The notes: generated from the sequence alone by a model not told the origin. 64,000 nucleotides of DNA from Thermoplasmata archaeon (GCA_049285595.1 JBAQAF010000049.1:12538-76537), one strand, 5' to 3'. Numbered from the stretch's first letter, positions 9,233 to 17,598 are shown. Made by a program: numbers and translations.

Positions 9233-10402
9233 ATGGGTGAAGTGAAGGTAACCACGCGCTCGAAGCGCAGCACCGGGTCGAAGCGCGAGCCGAAGTCGAC
9301 GTCCCCGGAATCGGCGCGGATCGCCGTGGTCGGGATCCCGGCGTCCGGGAAAACGACGTACTTCCGCTTCCTCTCCGGCCACTTCGGCCTCAACCTTCCG
9401 ATCCTGTACGTGCCCGCCCGCGAGGACGGCGGCAACCTGCCGCTCTACGGCGACCTCGACAACGACGTCGCGCTCGAGGAGACGACGTACGAGACGACCG
9501 ACCCGACGGACCCCGAGGAGAGCCTCGAGACGACGACCCGCTACTACGTCAACCGCCCGATGGAGGACCGCAAGAAGCTCTGGGTGGAGCTCTCCGCCGG
9601 ACGCGAGGACCAGGGGATCCTGACGAAGTACCCGCTGCCGACGAAGTTCAACCAGTTCGTCGAGATGAAGATGCACTTCCGATACGGCGCGCCCGAGGTG
9701 AAGACCGGGTCGCGTCCGATGGAGCTGGAGACTGTCGACGAAGCGGGCGGCATCATCGCCGATTACTTCAGCTACGATCGGCTCTGGATCGACTCGACCG
9801 AGGGCGAGGTGACGGAGAAGAGCTGCCGGGTGATCCCGCACTTCGACTCCTGGCGCCCGGACCGTCGGGACCTCTGGCGCCGCGGGCTGACGCTCCTCGG
9901 GAGGTTCGTGCAGGAGGCCGACGCGATCATTCTGTTCCTCTCCCCGGCGCTCGCCTCCCTGCGCGACCAGGCGCAGCAGATCAACCTCGCCCGAGGCGTC
10001 TTCCGCTACACTCGCACGCGCGACATCCCGCTCGTCATCGCCATCTCGAAGGCGGACAAGCTGAAGGAGTTCTACGGCGAGGTCGAACGCTCCGTCCGGG
10101 AGCGTACGTTCCGCAGCCAGTTCGACCCCGTCGACTTCCTCCTGCGGCGCGACGGCGCCGGCATGGGCACGATCCTCGTCGCTCAGGAAGGGCGCGGGAT
10201 CTCGATCAAGGAGGACGTATTCCTCGTCTCGAGCGCGGTCTCCACCGGTGAGGGGCACCCGTTGATGGTCGGCGAAGGGGGGCAGGAGGCGCCCGCCATG
10301 GGTACGCCGACCCTCGGGGTCCCGGTGATGGTGAACACGACGCTCCCGCTCGCCCGGGCCTGCGAGCGGATCCTGCAGAAGCGCGCGACAAAGGGGTCCT
10401 GA
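9233..10402 (+). CDS. Divergent P-loop GTPase-like protein (TRAFAC-type motifs)
   Basis: G1 is VVGIPASGKTT (aa 31-41), G3 is VDEAGG (aa 167-172), and the G4-like motif is ISKADK (aa 271-276). DAIILFLSP follows G3. The N-terminal 30 aa form a basic K/S/T-rich tail. A GGAG lies in the 12-nt spacer after the vWA stop. Confidence 0.65.
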   Translation: MGEVKVTTRSKRSTGSKREPKSTSPESARIAVVGIPASGKTTYFRFLSGHFGLNLPILYVPAREDGGNLPLYGDLDNDVALEETTYETTDPTDPEESLETTTRYYVNRPMEDRKKLWVELSAGREDQGILTKYPLPTKFNQFVEMKMHFRYGAPEVKTGSRPMELETVDEAGGIIADYFSYDRLWIDSTEGEVTEKSCRVIPHFDSWRPDRRDLWRRGLTLLGRFVQEADAIILFLSPALASLRDQAQQINLARGVFRYTRTRDIPLVIAISKADKLKEFYGEVERSVRERTFRSQFDPVDFLLRRDGAGMGTILVAQEGRGISIKEDVFLVSSAVSTGEGHPLMVGEGGQEAPAMGTPTLGVPVMVNTTLPLARACERILQKRATKGS

Positions 10403-13329
10403 TGGCCGATCCCGACCCTCTGCCGACGAGGGCGGTCGCGCCGGTCGCATCCGTCTGGTGCCGCCAGGTCGACAACGAGGCGGAGAGCCCGGGGTACACG
10501 ACGATCCCGGACGACTTCGCCGGTCTGCGCGAGACGCTCGAATCGATCCGGATCGTCGGGAACCTCACCATCAACATCGCCGACACCCACGACTACTGGG
10601 ACCCGGGACCGTCCCAGTCGCTCTCCTTCTACCCGAACCTGTTCCTGTATCCGGCCGCGGGCCAGCGCTACACGTGCGTCGGCCGGATGTTCCTTTCCAC
10701 CGAGGACCGACCGCGGCTCGGGATGAAGACCCTCGTCTTCTCGACCGCGGAGCTCCTCGCGGGCGGCGACTTCGGCGGCATGGTGCTGCGCGCCCACGCG
10801 ACGATGGACGGGCGCGGGGAGATCCGTCGACTCTCGGCCGACCCCGACACGAGCGTCTACCAGGCGGTCGGCGACGGTTTCCTCTTCGGCAAGGGGACGA
10901 CGGACCCGGTCGTCATCGTCGCGAGCGATCAGTGGGAGGCGGCGGCCCAGACGGTCCTCGAGCTGGTCGGGGCGATGCCCGCGGCGCTCGTCGCGCTCGG
11001 TGCCTTCCTCGTCTTCCCCTACTTCCTGCCGGCGGCGAAGGTGAGCCTCGCCGAGCTCTCCGAACAGCTTCCGACCGCCCTCGCCGTCATGCGGGTCGCC
11101 CGGGGCGAAGCGACCGGGGAGCGGCATGAAAAGCGCCTCAAGAGCTGGGAGGAGCTTTCGGTGACGCTCCGCGACCTCACGAAGCCGGCGTCCGGCAAGA
11201 AGGCCGACGCCCTGCCGCTCGTCCTGCAGTACCTTCACGATCACGAGGAGGATAAGGAACGGGAGGTCGCCCGGCGCGTCGACGCCGTCGAGCTGCCGCG
11301 CCTCGGCACTCACCTCGGCGATGCGGACCGCCAGTCCGGGCGCGAGCGGCGCAAGGAGATGTGGAGGATCGGTGCGGCGATGGAGACGGCGGCGCTCCTC
11401 CTCTCGAAGCCAAAGGGCCGCTCCGTGAGCGTCTCGGGCGAGGCCGGCAAACGCGCGAACGCCTACCTCCAGGCCCGGCCGGCCGACGCCCCGCCCCCCC
11501 CCGTCCCCGCGGAGCTCACCGCCGCCGCGAGCGGATCGGGGTCGACGGGCCCTCTCGACCCCCCCTCCGCGAGCCAGCACCCGGCGTGGCTTCGCGCCCC
11601 GCAGCAAGTGGCGGTATCGGTCCCGGAGTCGATCGGCGTGCCCATGCCGACCGGTGACGATCCTTCGCTGCTCTCCGCGCCGCCCCCTCCGGCGGTCCCG
11701 AGCGTCGCGTCCGACAACGTTCCGATGCTCCGTGCGACGTCGCGGCCTCCCGAGCGTGCGCCGTCGCCCGCCGCCCCCGCCGTCGACCTCGGAGCGATCG
11801 ACGAGCGGGTCCAGAACGCGCTCCGCGACCACGAATCGAAGTGGGCGATCACGATCGAGACCCGTCTCCGCGAAGGGGACGAAGCGCACCGAGCCTCGCT
11901 CGCAGCCGCGCAGCAGGAACTGTCGACCCGTCTCGACTCGCTCGAGGCACGGCCGTCGCTCGACCCCGCCGAGCTGACCCATGCGATCCACGACCGGGTG
12001 GCGACCGCGGTGGACGAACGGTCGGCCGCGCTGGGGGCCTCCGCCTCGCAGGCCGCCGAAAGCGCGTGGTCGACCCGGTTCACGACCGAGCTCAACGGTG
12101 CGATCCAGGAGTTCGACGCCCGCGCGGCGAAATCCGAGGAGGAGCTGCGCGCCGCCCTCGTCGCGCAGCTCGATGTCGAGCTCACCGAGACGAAGGAGCA
12201 GGGAACGGTGCTCCGCGAGGAGATCGAAGGGCGCGTGCGCAAATTGCTCGACGAGCGGGCGACGGAAGTGTCGCAGAAGATGGGCCGCGAGGTCCGCGAC
12301 CTGGAGCAGCGTCTGAACGGGCTCGTCGAGGGCCGATCGAAGGACCTCGAGACCCGCCTCGGCACGAACGTCACGTCCCAGCGCGAGAAGCTCGCCGCCG
12401 TCGCGGACGAGCGGGTCGCCCGCGCGGAGCAACGGATGGCGCTCGAACGGGAGGCCCGGCTCGGGGAGATCACGGAGACGCAGACGGAGGCGCTCGCCGG
12501 CCTGCAGGTCCGCATGCAGTCGTTCGTCGAGGGGAAGCTGCGCGAGACGCTCGAGAAGGATCGGGAACAGTACCTAGCCCTCTTCGCCCGGATGAAGCTC
12601 GACAACGAGCAGGCGCTCGCCCGGACGGTCGACGCGGCGCACCTCGACACGCTGCTCAACGAGCGGCTCACGGAGATGCTGGAGCGAGCGCACGCCGACC
12701 AGTCGAAGGCGGTCGCCGCGGCGGTCACCCACTCGGAGGGCCGTATCCGCGCGGCCCAGCAGGAGCTCCTCACCCGCCTCCACCACCTCGAGACGAGCAT
12801 CCCGACGCAAGCGGTGGACGTCAGTCACATCGAACGGACGGTGCGCCGGGAGCTCGACGACTTCGACCGCCGCCTGAAGGTCGTTCACGATCACATCCTC
12901 CCGATGGTGCGCCAGACGTGGCTCAAGGTCTCCCAGCAGGAGTTCGGCGGCAGCATCCGGGACCTGCGCCAATCGCTCGAGAAGGAGATCCAGCGGGTCG
13001 AGGCGTCGCTCCTCGCGGAGAACGACCAGATGCGCGAACGGATGGAGACCGCCGTCGCCCAGCACGGGCGCATCTGGCTCAACCTGATCCAGCAGATCTC
13101 TCGGGAGGAAGGGTCTCTCGCGGGCCCGGCCCGTGGCCGCGGTCGGGGCATCCACCGGGCCGCCCGGCCGCTCTCCGCCGCGCCGCCGCCGACCTCGGAC
13201 GGGTCGTTCCCTCCCGAAGCGAGCTCCACACATTCGCGCGCGGGTCCCGCTCCCCCCGTCGAGGCTCGACCCGACCCATCCAACCCCGAGTCGGCCGAGC
13301 GGCGACGGCTGCGCCGCGCCGCCCAGTGA
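10402..13329 (+). CDS. 975-aa multidomain protein: N-terminal globular domain, hydrophobic segment, Pro-rich linker, ~440-aa coiled coil and basic Pro-rich tail
   Basis: The ATG shares 1 nt with the GTPase stop (TGATG at 10400-10404). The N-domain occupies aa 1-190 (VWCRQVDNEAESPGYTTIPDDF...FLSTEDRPRLGMKTLVFS). The hydrophobic stretch is AMPAALVALGAFLVFPYFLPAA. The P/A/S-rich linker spans aa ~357-460. Heptad-like E/R/L/A-rich helices span aa ~462-905. No named family recognised. Confidence 0.6.
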   Translation: MADPDPLPTRAVAPVASVWCRQVDNEAESPGYTTIPDDFAGLRETLESIRIVGNLTINIADTHDYWDPGPSQSLSFYPNLFLYPAAGQRYTCVGRMFLSTEDRPRLGMKTLVFSTAELLAGGDFGGMVLRAHATMDGRGEIRRLSADPDTSVYQAVGDGFLFGKGTTDPVVIVASDQWEAAAQTVLELVGAMPAALVALGAFLVFPYFLPAAKVSLAELSEQLPTALAVMRVARGEATGERHEKRLKSWEELSVTLRDLTKPASGKKADALPLVLQYLHDHEEDKEREVARRVDAVELPRLGTHLGDADRQSGRERRKEMWRIGAAMETAALLLSKPKGRSVSVSGEAGKRANAYLQARPADAPPPPVPAELTAAASGSGSTGPLDPPSASQHPAWLRAPQQVAVSVPESIGVPMPTGDDPSLLSAPPPPAVPSVASDNVPMLRATSRPPERAPSPAAPAVDLGAIDERVQNALRDHESKWAITIETRLREGDEAHRASLAAAQQELSTRLDSLEARPSLDPAELTHAIHDRVATAVDERSAALGASASQAAESAWSTRFTTELNGAIQEFDARAAKSEEELRAALVAQLDVELTETKEQGTVLREEIEGRVRKLLDERATEVSQKMGREVRDLEQRLNGLVEGRSKDLETRLGTNVTSQREKLAAVADERVARAEQRMALEREARLGEITETQTEALAGLQVRMQSFVEGKLRETLEKDREQYLALFARMKLDNEQALARTVDAAHLDTLLNERLTEMLERAHADQSKAVAAAVTHSEGRIRAAQQELLTRLHHLETSIPTQAVDVSHIERTVRRELDDFDRRLKVVHDHILPMVRQTWLKVSQQEFGGSIRDLRQSLEKEIQRVEASLLAENDQMRERMETAVAQHGRIWLNLIQQISREEGSLAGPARGRGRGIHRAARPLSAAPPPTSDGSFPPEASSTHSRAGPAPPVEARPDPSNPESAERRRLRRAAQ

Positions 13330-13388
13330 CCGGGGCCCCCGCGCGAATAACGCTAAACCCGCGAACGGTCTGAACGGCCCCGGGATCC

Positions 13389-13577
13389 GTGAGCGACGAC
13401 CACCGCCACTGCAAGATCTGCGGCCGGACCTGCCCCATCGACGAGGTGACGTGCAGCGCGAAATGCCAGGACTCGCTCGACCGGCGGGCGCGCTCCCGGC
13501 GCAATTACATGTACGTGCTCTACGGGACGGCGGCGCTCCTGTTCGTTCTGCTGCTCTCGAGCCAGTCGCATCTGTAG
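13389..13577 (+). CDS. Small zinc-ribbon protein with C-terminal transmembrane helix (DUF2116-like)
   Basis: HRHCKICGRTCPIDEVTCSAKCQD is followed by a basic stretch and YVLYGTAALLFVLLLS. The start is GTG. Confidence 0.6.
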   Translation: MSDDHRHCKICGRTCPIDEVTCSAKCQDSLDRRARSRRNYMYVLYGTAALLFVLLLSSQSHL

Positions 13578-13586
13578 GGAACATCG

Positions 13587-14396
13587 ATGCCGCGGTACGC
13601 CCACGCCGTGCTGGGCGGGACGTTCGACCGGCTGCACGTCGGACACGAGGCCCTGCTCGCCGCGGCGATGCGCGCGGGACGGCGCGTCTCGGTGGGGGTC
13701 ACCACGGACGACTTCGTCCGGGCGCTGGGGAAGCCGAGCGGCGACACGATCCAACCGTACGCGACGCGCCGCCGGATCGTGCGCCGTTGGCTCTCCCGAC
13801 ACTTCCCGGGACGCGAGGTCCGGACCGTTCCGCTCTCCGACCGCTTCGGCCGATCCGTGGGCCCGGGCGTGAGCGTCCTCATCGTCTCCGCCGAGACCGC
13901 CGGCGGGGGCCGGGCCGTCAACGCGGAACGGCGCCGACGCGCCGAGCGACCCCTGCCGGTCGTCATCGTTCCCCTCGTACTGGCCGACGACCTCTTGCCG
14001 GTCAGCTCCCGGCGGATCCGCGCCGGTACGATCGATCGGAACGGACGGCGGCGCGCGCAGATCACGATCGGTGTCGCTGCCGAGGACGGCGACGATCGGG
14101 CGGTGATCGGCGTCGGGGCTCGCCGTGCGTTCCCGGTCGCTCACCTCCGGTTCGTCGCGTCGCCCGCCCGCCCCCGAGGCTCCCCGGCGGCCCGAGCCCG
14201 GGCCTTCGCCCGCAACGCGATCGGCGATTTCGACCTGGCGATCGGCGTCGCCCGGGAACGGCGGGGCGGCTGGATCGCGGTGGAGCGCTCGGCGTCCGTG
14301 CTCCTCGACCCCGTCCGGATCCCAGGACGTTCCGCGAAGGCGTTGCAACGGGGGATCTCCCACCTCCTCGTGCCCCGCCGGCCGCAAGGACTTTGA
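13587..14396 (+). CDS. coaD: Archaeal-type phosphopantetheine adenylyltransferase (cytidylyltransferase fold) with a ~110-aa C-terminal extension
   Basis: The N-terminus reads AVLGGTFDRLHVGHEALL (GxFxxxHxGH) followed by ...ISSRRIR-like VSSRRIRAG. The protein is 269 aa, whereas stand-alone archaeal PPATs are about 150-160 aa. Confidence 0.75.
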   Translation: MPRYAHAVLGGTFDRLHVGHEALLAAAMRAGRRVSVGVTTDDFVRALGKPSGDTIQPYATRRRIVRRWLSRHFPGREVRTVPLSDRFGRSVGPGVSVLIVSAETAGGGRAVNAERRRRAERPLPVVIVPLVLADDLLPVSSRRIRAGTIDRNGRRRAQITIGVAAEDGDDRAVIGVGARRAFPVAHLRFVASPARPRGSPAARARAFARNAIGDFDLAIGVARERRGGWIAVERSASVLLDPVRIPGRSAKALQRGISHLLVPRRPQGL

Positions 14397-14420
14397 TACG
14401 CCGCGTTCGTAGGAGAGCCG

Positions 14421-14642
14421 ATGGAGACGTATCTTCGCGTCAGTTTCAACAGCGAGGGCGCGAAACCGTCGGAGGTCGCCGACCGGCTGAGGTCGTGCGG
14501 CTTCGTCCCGACGCACGGGAACTACGACTTCGTCTACGACTGGCAAGGGTCGGCGACCCGCGATCAGATCCTCGACCTTTCCGACGAGATCACGCGCCAG
14601 TTGCGCGGCTACTGTGTCCTGATCGAGCTCGAGACGATCTGA
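14421..14642 (+). CDS. Hypothetical small protein (73 aa)
   Basis: It is an ATG ORF with protein-like composition (METYLRVSFNSEGAKPSEVADRLRSCGFVP...) and is co-directional with its neighbours. No family recognised. Confidence 0.45.
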   Translation: METYLRVSFNSEGAKPSEVADRLRSCGFVPTHGNYDFVYDWQGSATRDQILDLSDEITRQLRGYCVLIELETI

Positions 14643-14695
14643 ACGGACGCCGCTCGCCGGTAGAGGTTTTATCGCGGACCCCGGTGCCCGTCCCC

Positions 14696-15022
14696 GTGCA
14701 ACGGTACCCCGTGCGGGCGAACCATCGCTCCAACCTGACCCCCGTCGCGCTGGGGCGGATCCTGACCGAGTGTTTCGGTTCCGCGAACGTCGACGGGGAC
14801 GCGGCCTCGGCGGCATTCGGGGCGATCGTCCGACTGTCGGCGCGCGCCGACCGCAAGGAGCTCGCCGTCGAGGTGACGATGAACCCGAAGGTCCCCGACG
14901 AGGTCGCCCGGGACACGATCGCGCGATACAACCGGTTCCTCGAGGCGACGACCGGCTTCAACTCGAAGGAGCGGGCCCGCCGTCTGCGCAAATCCACCGC
15001 CGAAGCCCCCGCGGGGGCCTAG
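14696..15022 (+). CDS. Hypothetical protein (~108 aa)
   Basis: Only the tail of the artefactual track ORF 13133..15022 looks protein-like (LTPVALGRILTECFGSANVDGD...EVTMNPKVPDEVARDTIARYNRFLEATTGFNSKERARRLRK). In-frame GTG starts lie at 14696 and 14711. The stop is 4 nt before the S2P start. Confidence 0.45.
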   Translation: MQRYPVRANHRSNLTPVALGRILTECFGSANVDGDAASAAFGAIVRLSARADRKELAVEVTMNPKVPDEVARDTIARYNRFLEATTGFNSKERARRLRKSTAEAPAGA

Positions 15023-15025
15023 GGG

Positions 15026-16597
15026 ATGGCCTCGGGGCCGGGTCCCCGGCCGAAGGCCACCTCGTCCGAACTCGAACGGATCCGCGCCCTCGTCTCGGCT
15101 CGATTCCCCGTCTACGAGGTCCGAGTCGGACCGCAATCGCTGCTGCTGGCCGTCCGTGCGGACCCCGCGACGCTCGAGGAGCGGTTCGATCTCCTCCGGC
15201 GAGAGCTTGGCGCGCAAGGGTACATCCCGCTGCTTCGGCGCGAGTTCGGGGAGGAGTTCATCGAGGTCGTACGGCGGCCGAGGACGAAGAATCGCGGTCT
15301 CTGGGTCAACTTCGTGCTCCTCGGCGCGACGCTCGCGACCACCGTCTTCGCGGGCGCGCTGATCTGGCTTACGTACGTCGGGGCCAACGCCCTCACCCTC
15401 CCGGACGTGACGAACGGAACGGTCTACTTCGCGATCCCGATCATGGCGATCCTGGGGCTCCACGAGCTCGCCCACTACTGGATCGCGCGGCGCCACCATT
15501 TGGACGCGTCGTTGCCGTTCTTCATCCCGGTACCGCCGCCGCTCCCGTTCGGCACCTTCGGTGCGTTCGTGAGCATCCGGGACCCGTTCCCCGATCGCAA
15601 GGCGATGTTCGACGTCTCGGCCGGCGGGCCGATCGCCGGGTTCGTCGCCTCGATCCCGATCTCGCTCGGGGGGCTCTACCTCTCGGCGCACGGGCCGGCG
15701 GTCGCGGCGAGCTACTGCGCGCCGACGATCCTCGGGCTCGACTACGGCCACGAGATCTTCTCCCCGTCGCTCCTCTGGAACCTCTTCTCCGCCTTCTTCC
15801 CGTCCGGGGCGGGCGCGGTCCATCCGCTCGCCATCGCCGGATGGGTCGGGATCCTCGTGACGTCGATCAACCTCCTGCCGATCGGATCGCTCGACGGAGG
15901 ACGTGTCTTCCGCGCGCTCTTCGGGGAGCGCTCCCGGTACGTCAGCTACGGGGCCGCGTTCGCGCTGTTCGGCCTGAGCATCTTCTACTTCGGCTGGTTC
16001 ATCTTCGGGGTCCTCGTCATCTTCCTCGGCCTGCGGAACCCCCCGCCGCTCAACGACCTGTCTCCGCTGGGAGCTCGTCGGTACGCGGCGGGGGCGGTCG
16101 TCGCCGCGATCCTCGTCGCCGGGTTCGTCGTCGTGCCGATCCAGCTCCCCGCGGGCTCCATCGGCCTCGCTCCCCAGGCGGTGGAGTATCCGCCGCTCCC
16201 CCCGGGGGCGGCGATCGCCGCGAACGTGACGGCGATCGTCGCCAACCACGACCCCGTCGTGCACGGCTTCGTCTTTACCGTCGAGGTCGAGAACGTCTCG
16301 GTGACCAACGGGAGCGGTACGCATTTCCTCGACCCGGCGGAGCTGGCGGCCTGGGCGGCGACGGCGAACTGGACGTTCGTCCTGCCCGGGGGATCGATCG
16401 TTCCCGCGCCGGCGGGGGCGTCCGCGGCGCTTCCGTCGTCGGATTTCGTCACGATCGACGGGGGGGCCGAGCAGCCGGTGATGGTGCAGTTCTCGAACCC
16501 CCAGGGCGCGACGGCGGTCGTGATCGGCTTCCAAGCGCTCGAACTGTGCCCACCGGTCGGGGGCGGGAGCGCTGGCACCGACTTCTCGGTGACCTGA
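15026..16597 (+). CDS. Site-2 protease family (M50) membrane metalloprotease with C-terminal extracytoplasmic domain
   Basis: An HExxH motif (GLHELAHYW) sits in a TM segment. Also present are multiple TM helices, a second motif region (NLLPIGSLDGGRV) and a C-terminal non-membrane domain bearing N-x-S/T sequons. Confidence 0.8.
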   Translation: MASGPGPRPKATSSELERIRALVSARFPVYEVRVGPQSLLLAVRADPATLEERFDLLRRELGAQGYIPLLRREFGEEFIEVVRRPRTKNRGLWVNFVLLGATLATTVFAGALIWLTYVGANALTLPDVTNGTVYFAIPIMAILGLHELAHYWIARRHHLDASLPFFIPVPPPLPFGTFGAFVSIRDPFPDRKAMFDVSAGGPIAGFVASIPISLGGLYLSAHGPAVAASYCAPTILGLDYGHEIFSPSLLWNLFSAFFPSGAGAVHPLAIAGWVGILVTSINLLPIGSLDGGRVFRALFGERSRYVSYGAAFALFGLSIFYFGWFIFGVLVIFLGLRNPPPLNDLSPLGARRYAAGAVVAAILVAGFVVVPIQLPAGSIGLAPQAVEYPPLPPGAAIAANVTAIVANHDPVVHGFVFTVEVENVSVTNGSGTHFLDPAELAAWAATANWTFVLPGGSIVPAPAGASAALPSSDFVTIDGGAEQPVMVQFSNPQGATAVVIGFQALELCPPVGGGSAGTDFSVT

Positions 16598-16599
16598 GC

Positions 16600-17598
16600 C
16601 TACGTACCGCGTACGTAGACCCGAAACTCGCGCGTCAGGCTGCGGTGGACCCGGACCGAGACCGCGCTCCGGACGACCCAGGGGGCGGGCAGGGCGGGAG
16701 ATCCTTCCGGGGCGACGACGACGAGACGTCCGCCGTCGCGCACCCGGTCCGCCCAGCGGGGGAGCACCCGGGCGACGACCTCCCGGACCGGCTCGCCACC
16801 CGAGGACGAGGATCGACCGTACGGAGGATCGGTCAGGAGCGCGTCGAACCGCAGCTCGGGACCGTCGAGGTCGATCGTCCCCGAATCTCCTTCGGCGATC
16901 CGCGTCGCTTCCACCCCAAGGTGCGCGAAGTTGCGGAGCGCTCCCCGCACCATGTCGGGATCGCGATCGATCCCGTAGACCCGCGCGCCCATCAGGGCCG
17001 CCTCCGCGAGCAGGGCTCCGGTGCCGAGGAACGGGTCGACGATCCGGTCGCCGGCCCGGAGCTGAGTCAGGTTGGCCGCCGCGCGGGCCAGGCGAGGAGG
17101 GAGAGAGACCGGGCGCTGGAACGGAAGCAGGGGCATCCGGCGGGACGAGCTCCGGGTCCGGTCCACGGCCGCGACCTCCCGCAACAGCACGGGCGTGCCG
17201 TCAAGCGCGCTCGCGATCCAGTAGCGACGGCGTGGCTCCTCGAGGTCGATGGAGCCGCCCGCGGCGAGGTACTGCCGACCCGCATCGAGGACGCCGGGAT
17301 CGACCGCTCCCGGCGAGCGACCCAGCCGCCGGAACACCGCCGACGCACCGGCCCGACCTTCCTCCGCGACGGCCGAGGCGAATGAGGCGCCCGGGCGGGC
17401 CTCGACGAGGCAACGTCGGGCGAGACCGAGCCGGCCGGCGAGCGATTCGATCGCAGCGACGTCCGGGAGCTCGACCGCCAGGAGACCGTCGATCTCCGAC
17501 TCCCGTCCCCGCCCTCCCCCCGCGTCCGCGGCGGAGAGGACCTCGAGACGAGCGAGTGCGGGTGCCTCGCCCGAAGGCTCGACGAACCCCCGGATCAT
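16600..17598 (-). CDS. THUMP-domain tRNA (guanine-N2)-methyltransferase, Trm11/Trm-G10-like
   Basis: The true start is MIRGFVEP at 17598, forming an ATGA overlap with the upstream gene. SAM motif I is IVDPFLGTGALLAEAALMGARVYGIDRD and the catalytic motif is LTDPPYG. Confidence 0.75.
   Translation of the reverse strand: MIRGFVEPSGEAPALARLEVLSAADAGGGRGRESEIDGLLAVELPDVAAIESLAGRLGLARRCLVEARPGASFASAVAEEGRAGASAVFRRLGRSPGAVDPGVLDAGRQYLAAGGSIDLEEPRRRYWIASALDGTPVLLREVAAVDRTRSSSRRMPLLPFQRPVSLPPRLARAAANLTQLRAGDRIVDPFLGTGALLAEAALMGARVYGIDRDPDMVRGALRNFAHLGVEATRIAEGDSGTIDLDGPELRFDALLTDPPYGRSSSSGGEPVREVVARVLPRWADRVRDGGRLVVVAPEGSPALPAPWVVRSAVSVRVHRSLTREFRVYVRGT

Noticed and set aside
7454-10450. 998-aa minus-strand ORF, the longest in this region of the track.
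   Set aside because: It is antisense to the vWA and GTPase genes. Its composition is extreme (Arg/Gly/Pro/Glu/Asp runs) and it has no motifs. This is the typical stop-free antisense frame of high-GC DNA, whereas the plus-strand genes carry clear MIDAS and P-loop motifs.
10183-12432. 749-aa minus-strand ORF, together with 11463..12800 (445 aa) and 11841..13373 (510 aa).
   Set aside because: All three overlap the 975-aa plus-strand gene in other frames, have Arg/Ser/Pro-dominated low-complexity composition and no recognisable domains. I treat them as GC artefacts.
13133-17385. Long ORFs 13133..15022 (+), 13353..14816 (-), 14669..16534 (-) and 14770..17385 (+).
   Set aside because: They overlap well-supported genes (PPAT, S2P protease, Trm11-like) out of frame or antisense, and they are Arg/Pro/Gly-rich. 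Only the last ~108 codons of 13133..15022 look like a real protein, and I kept that part as a separate feature.
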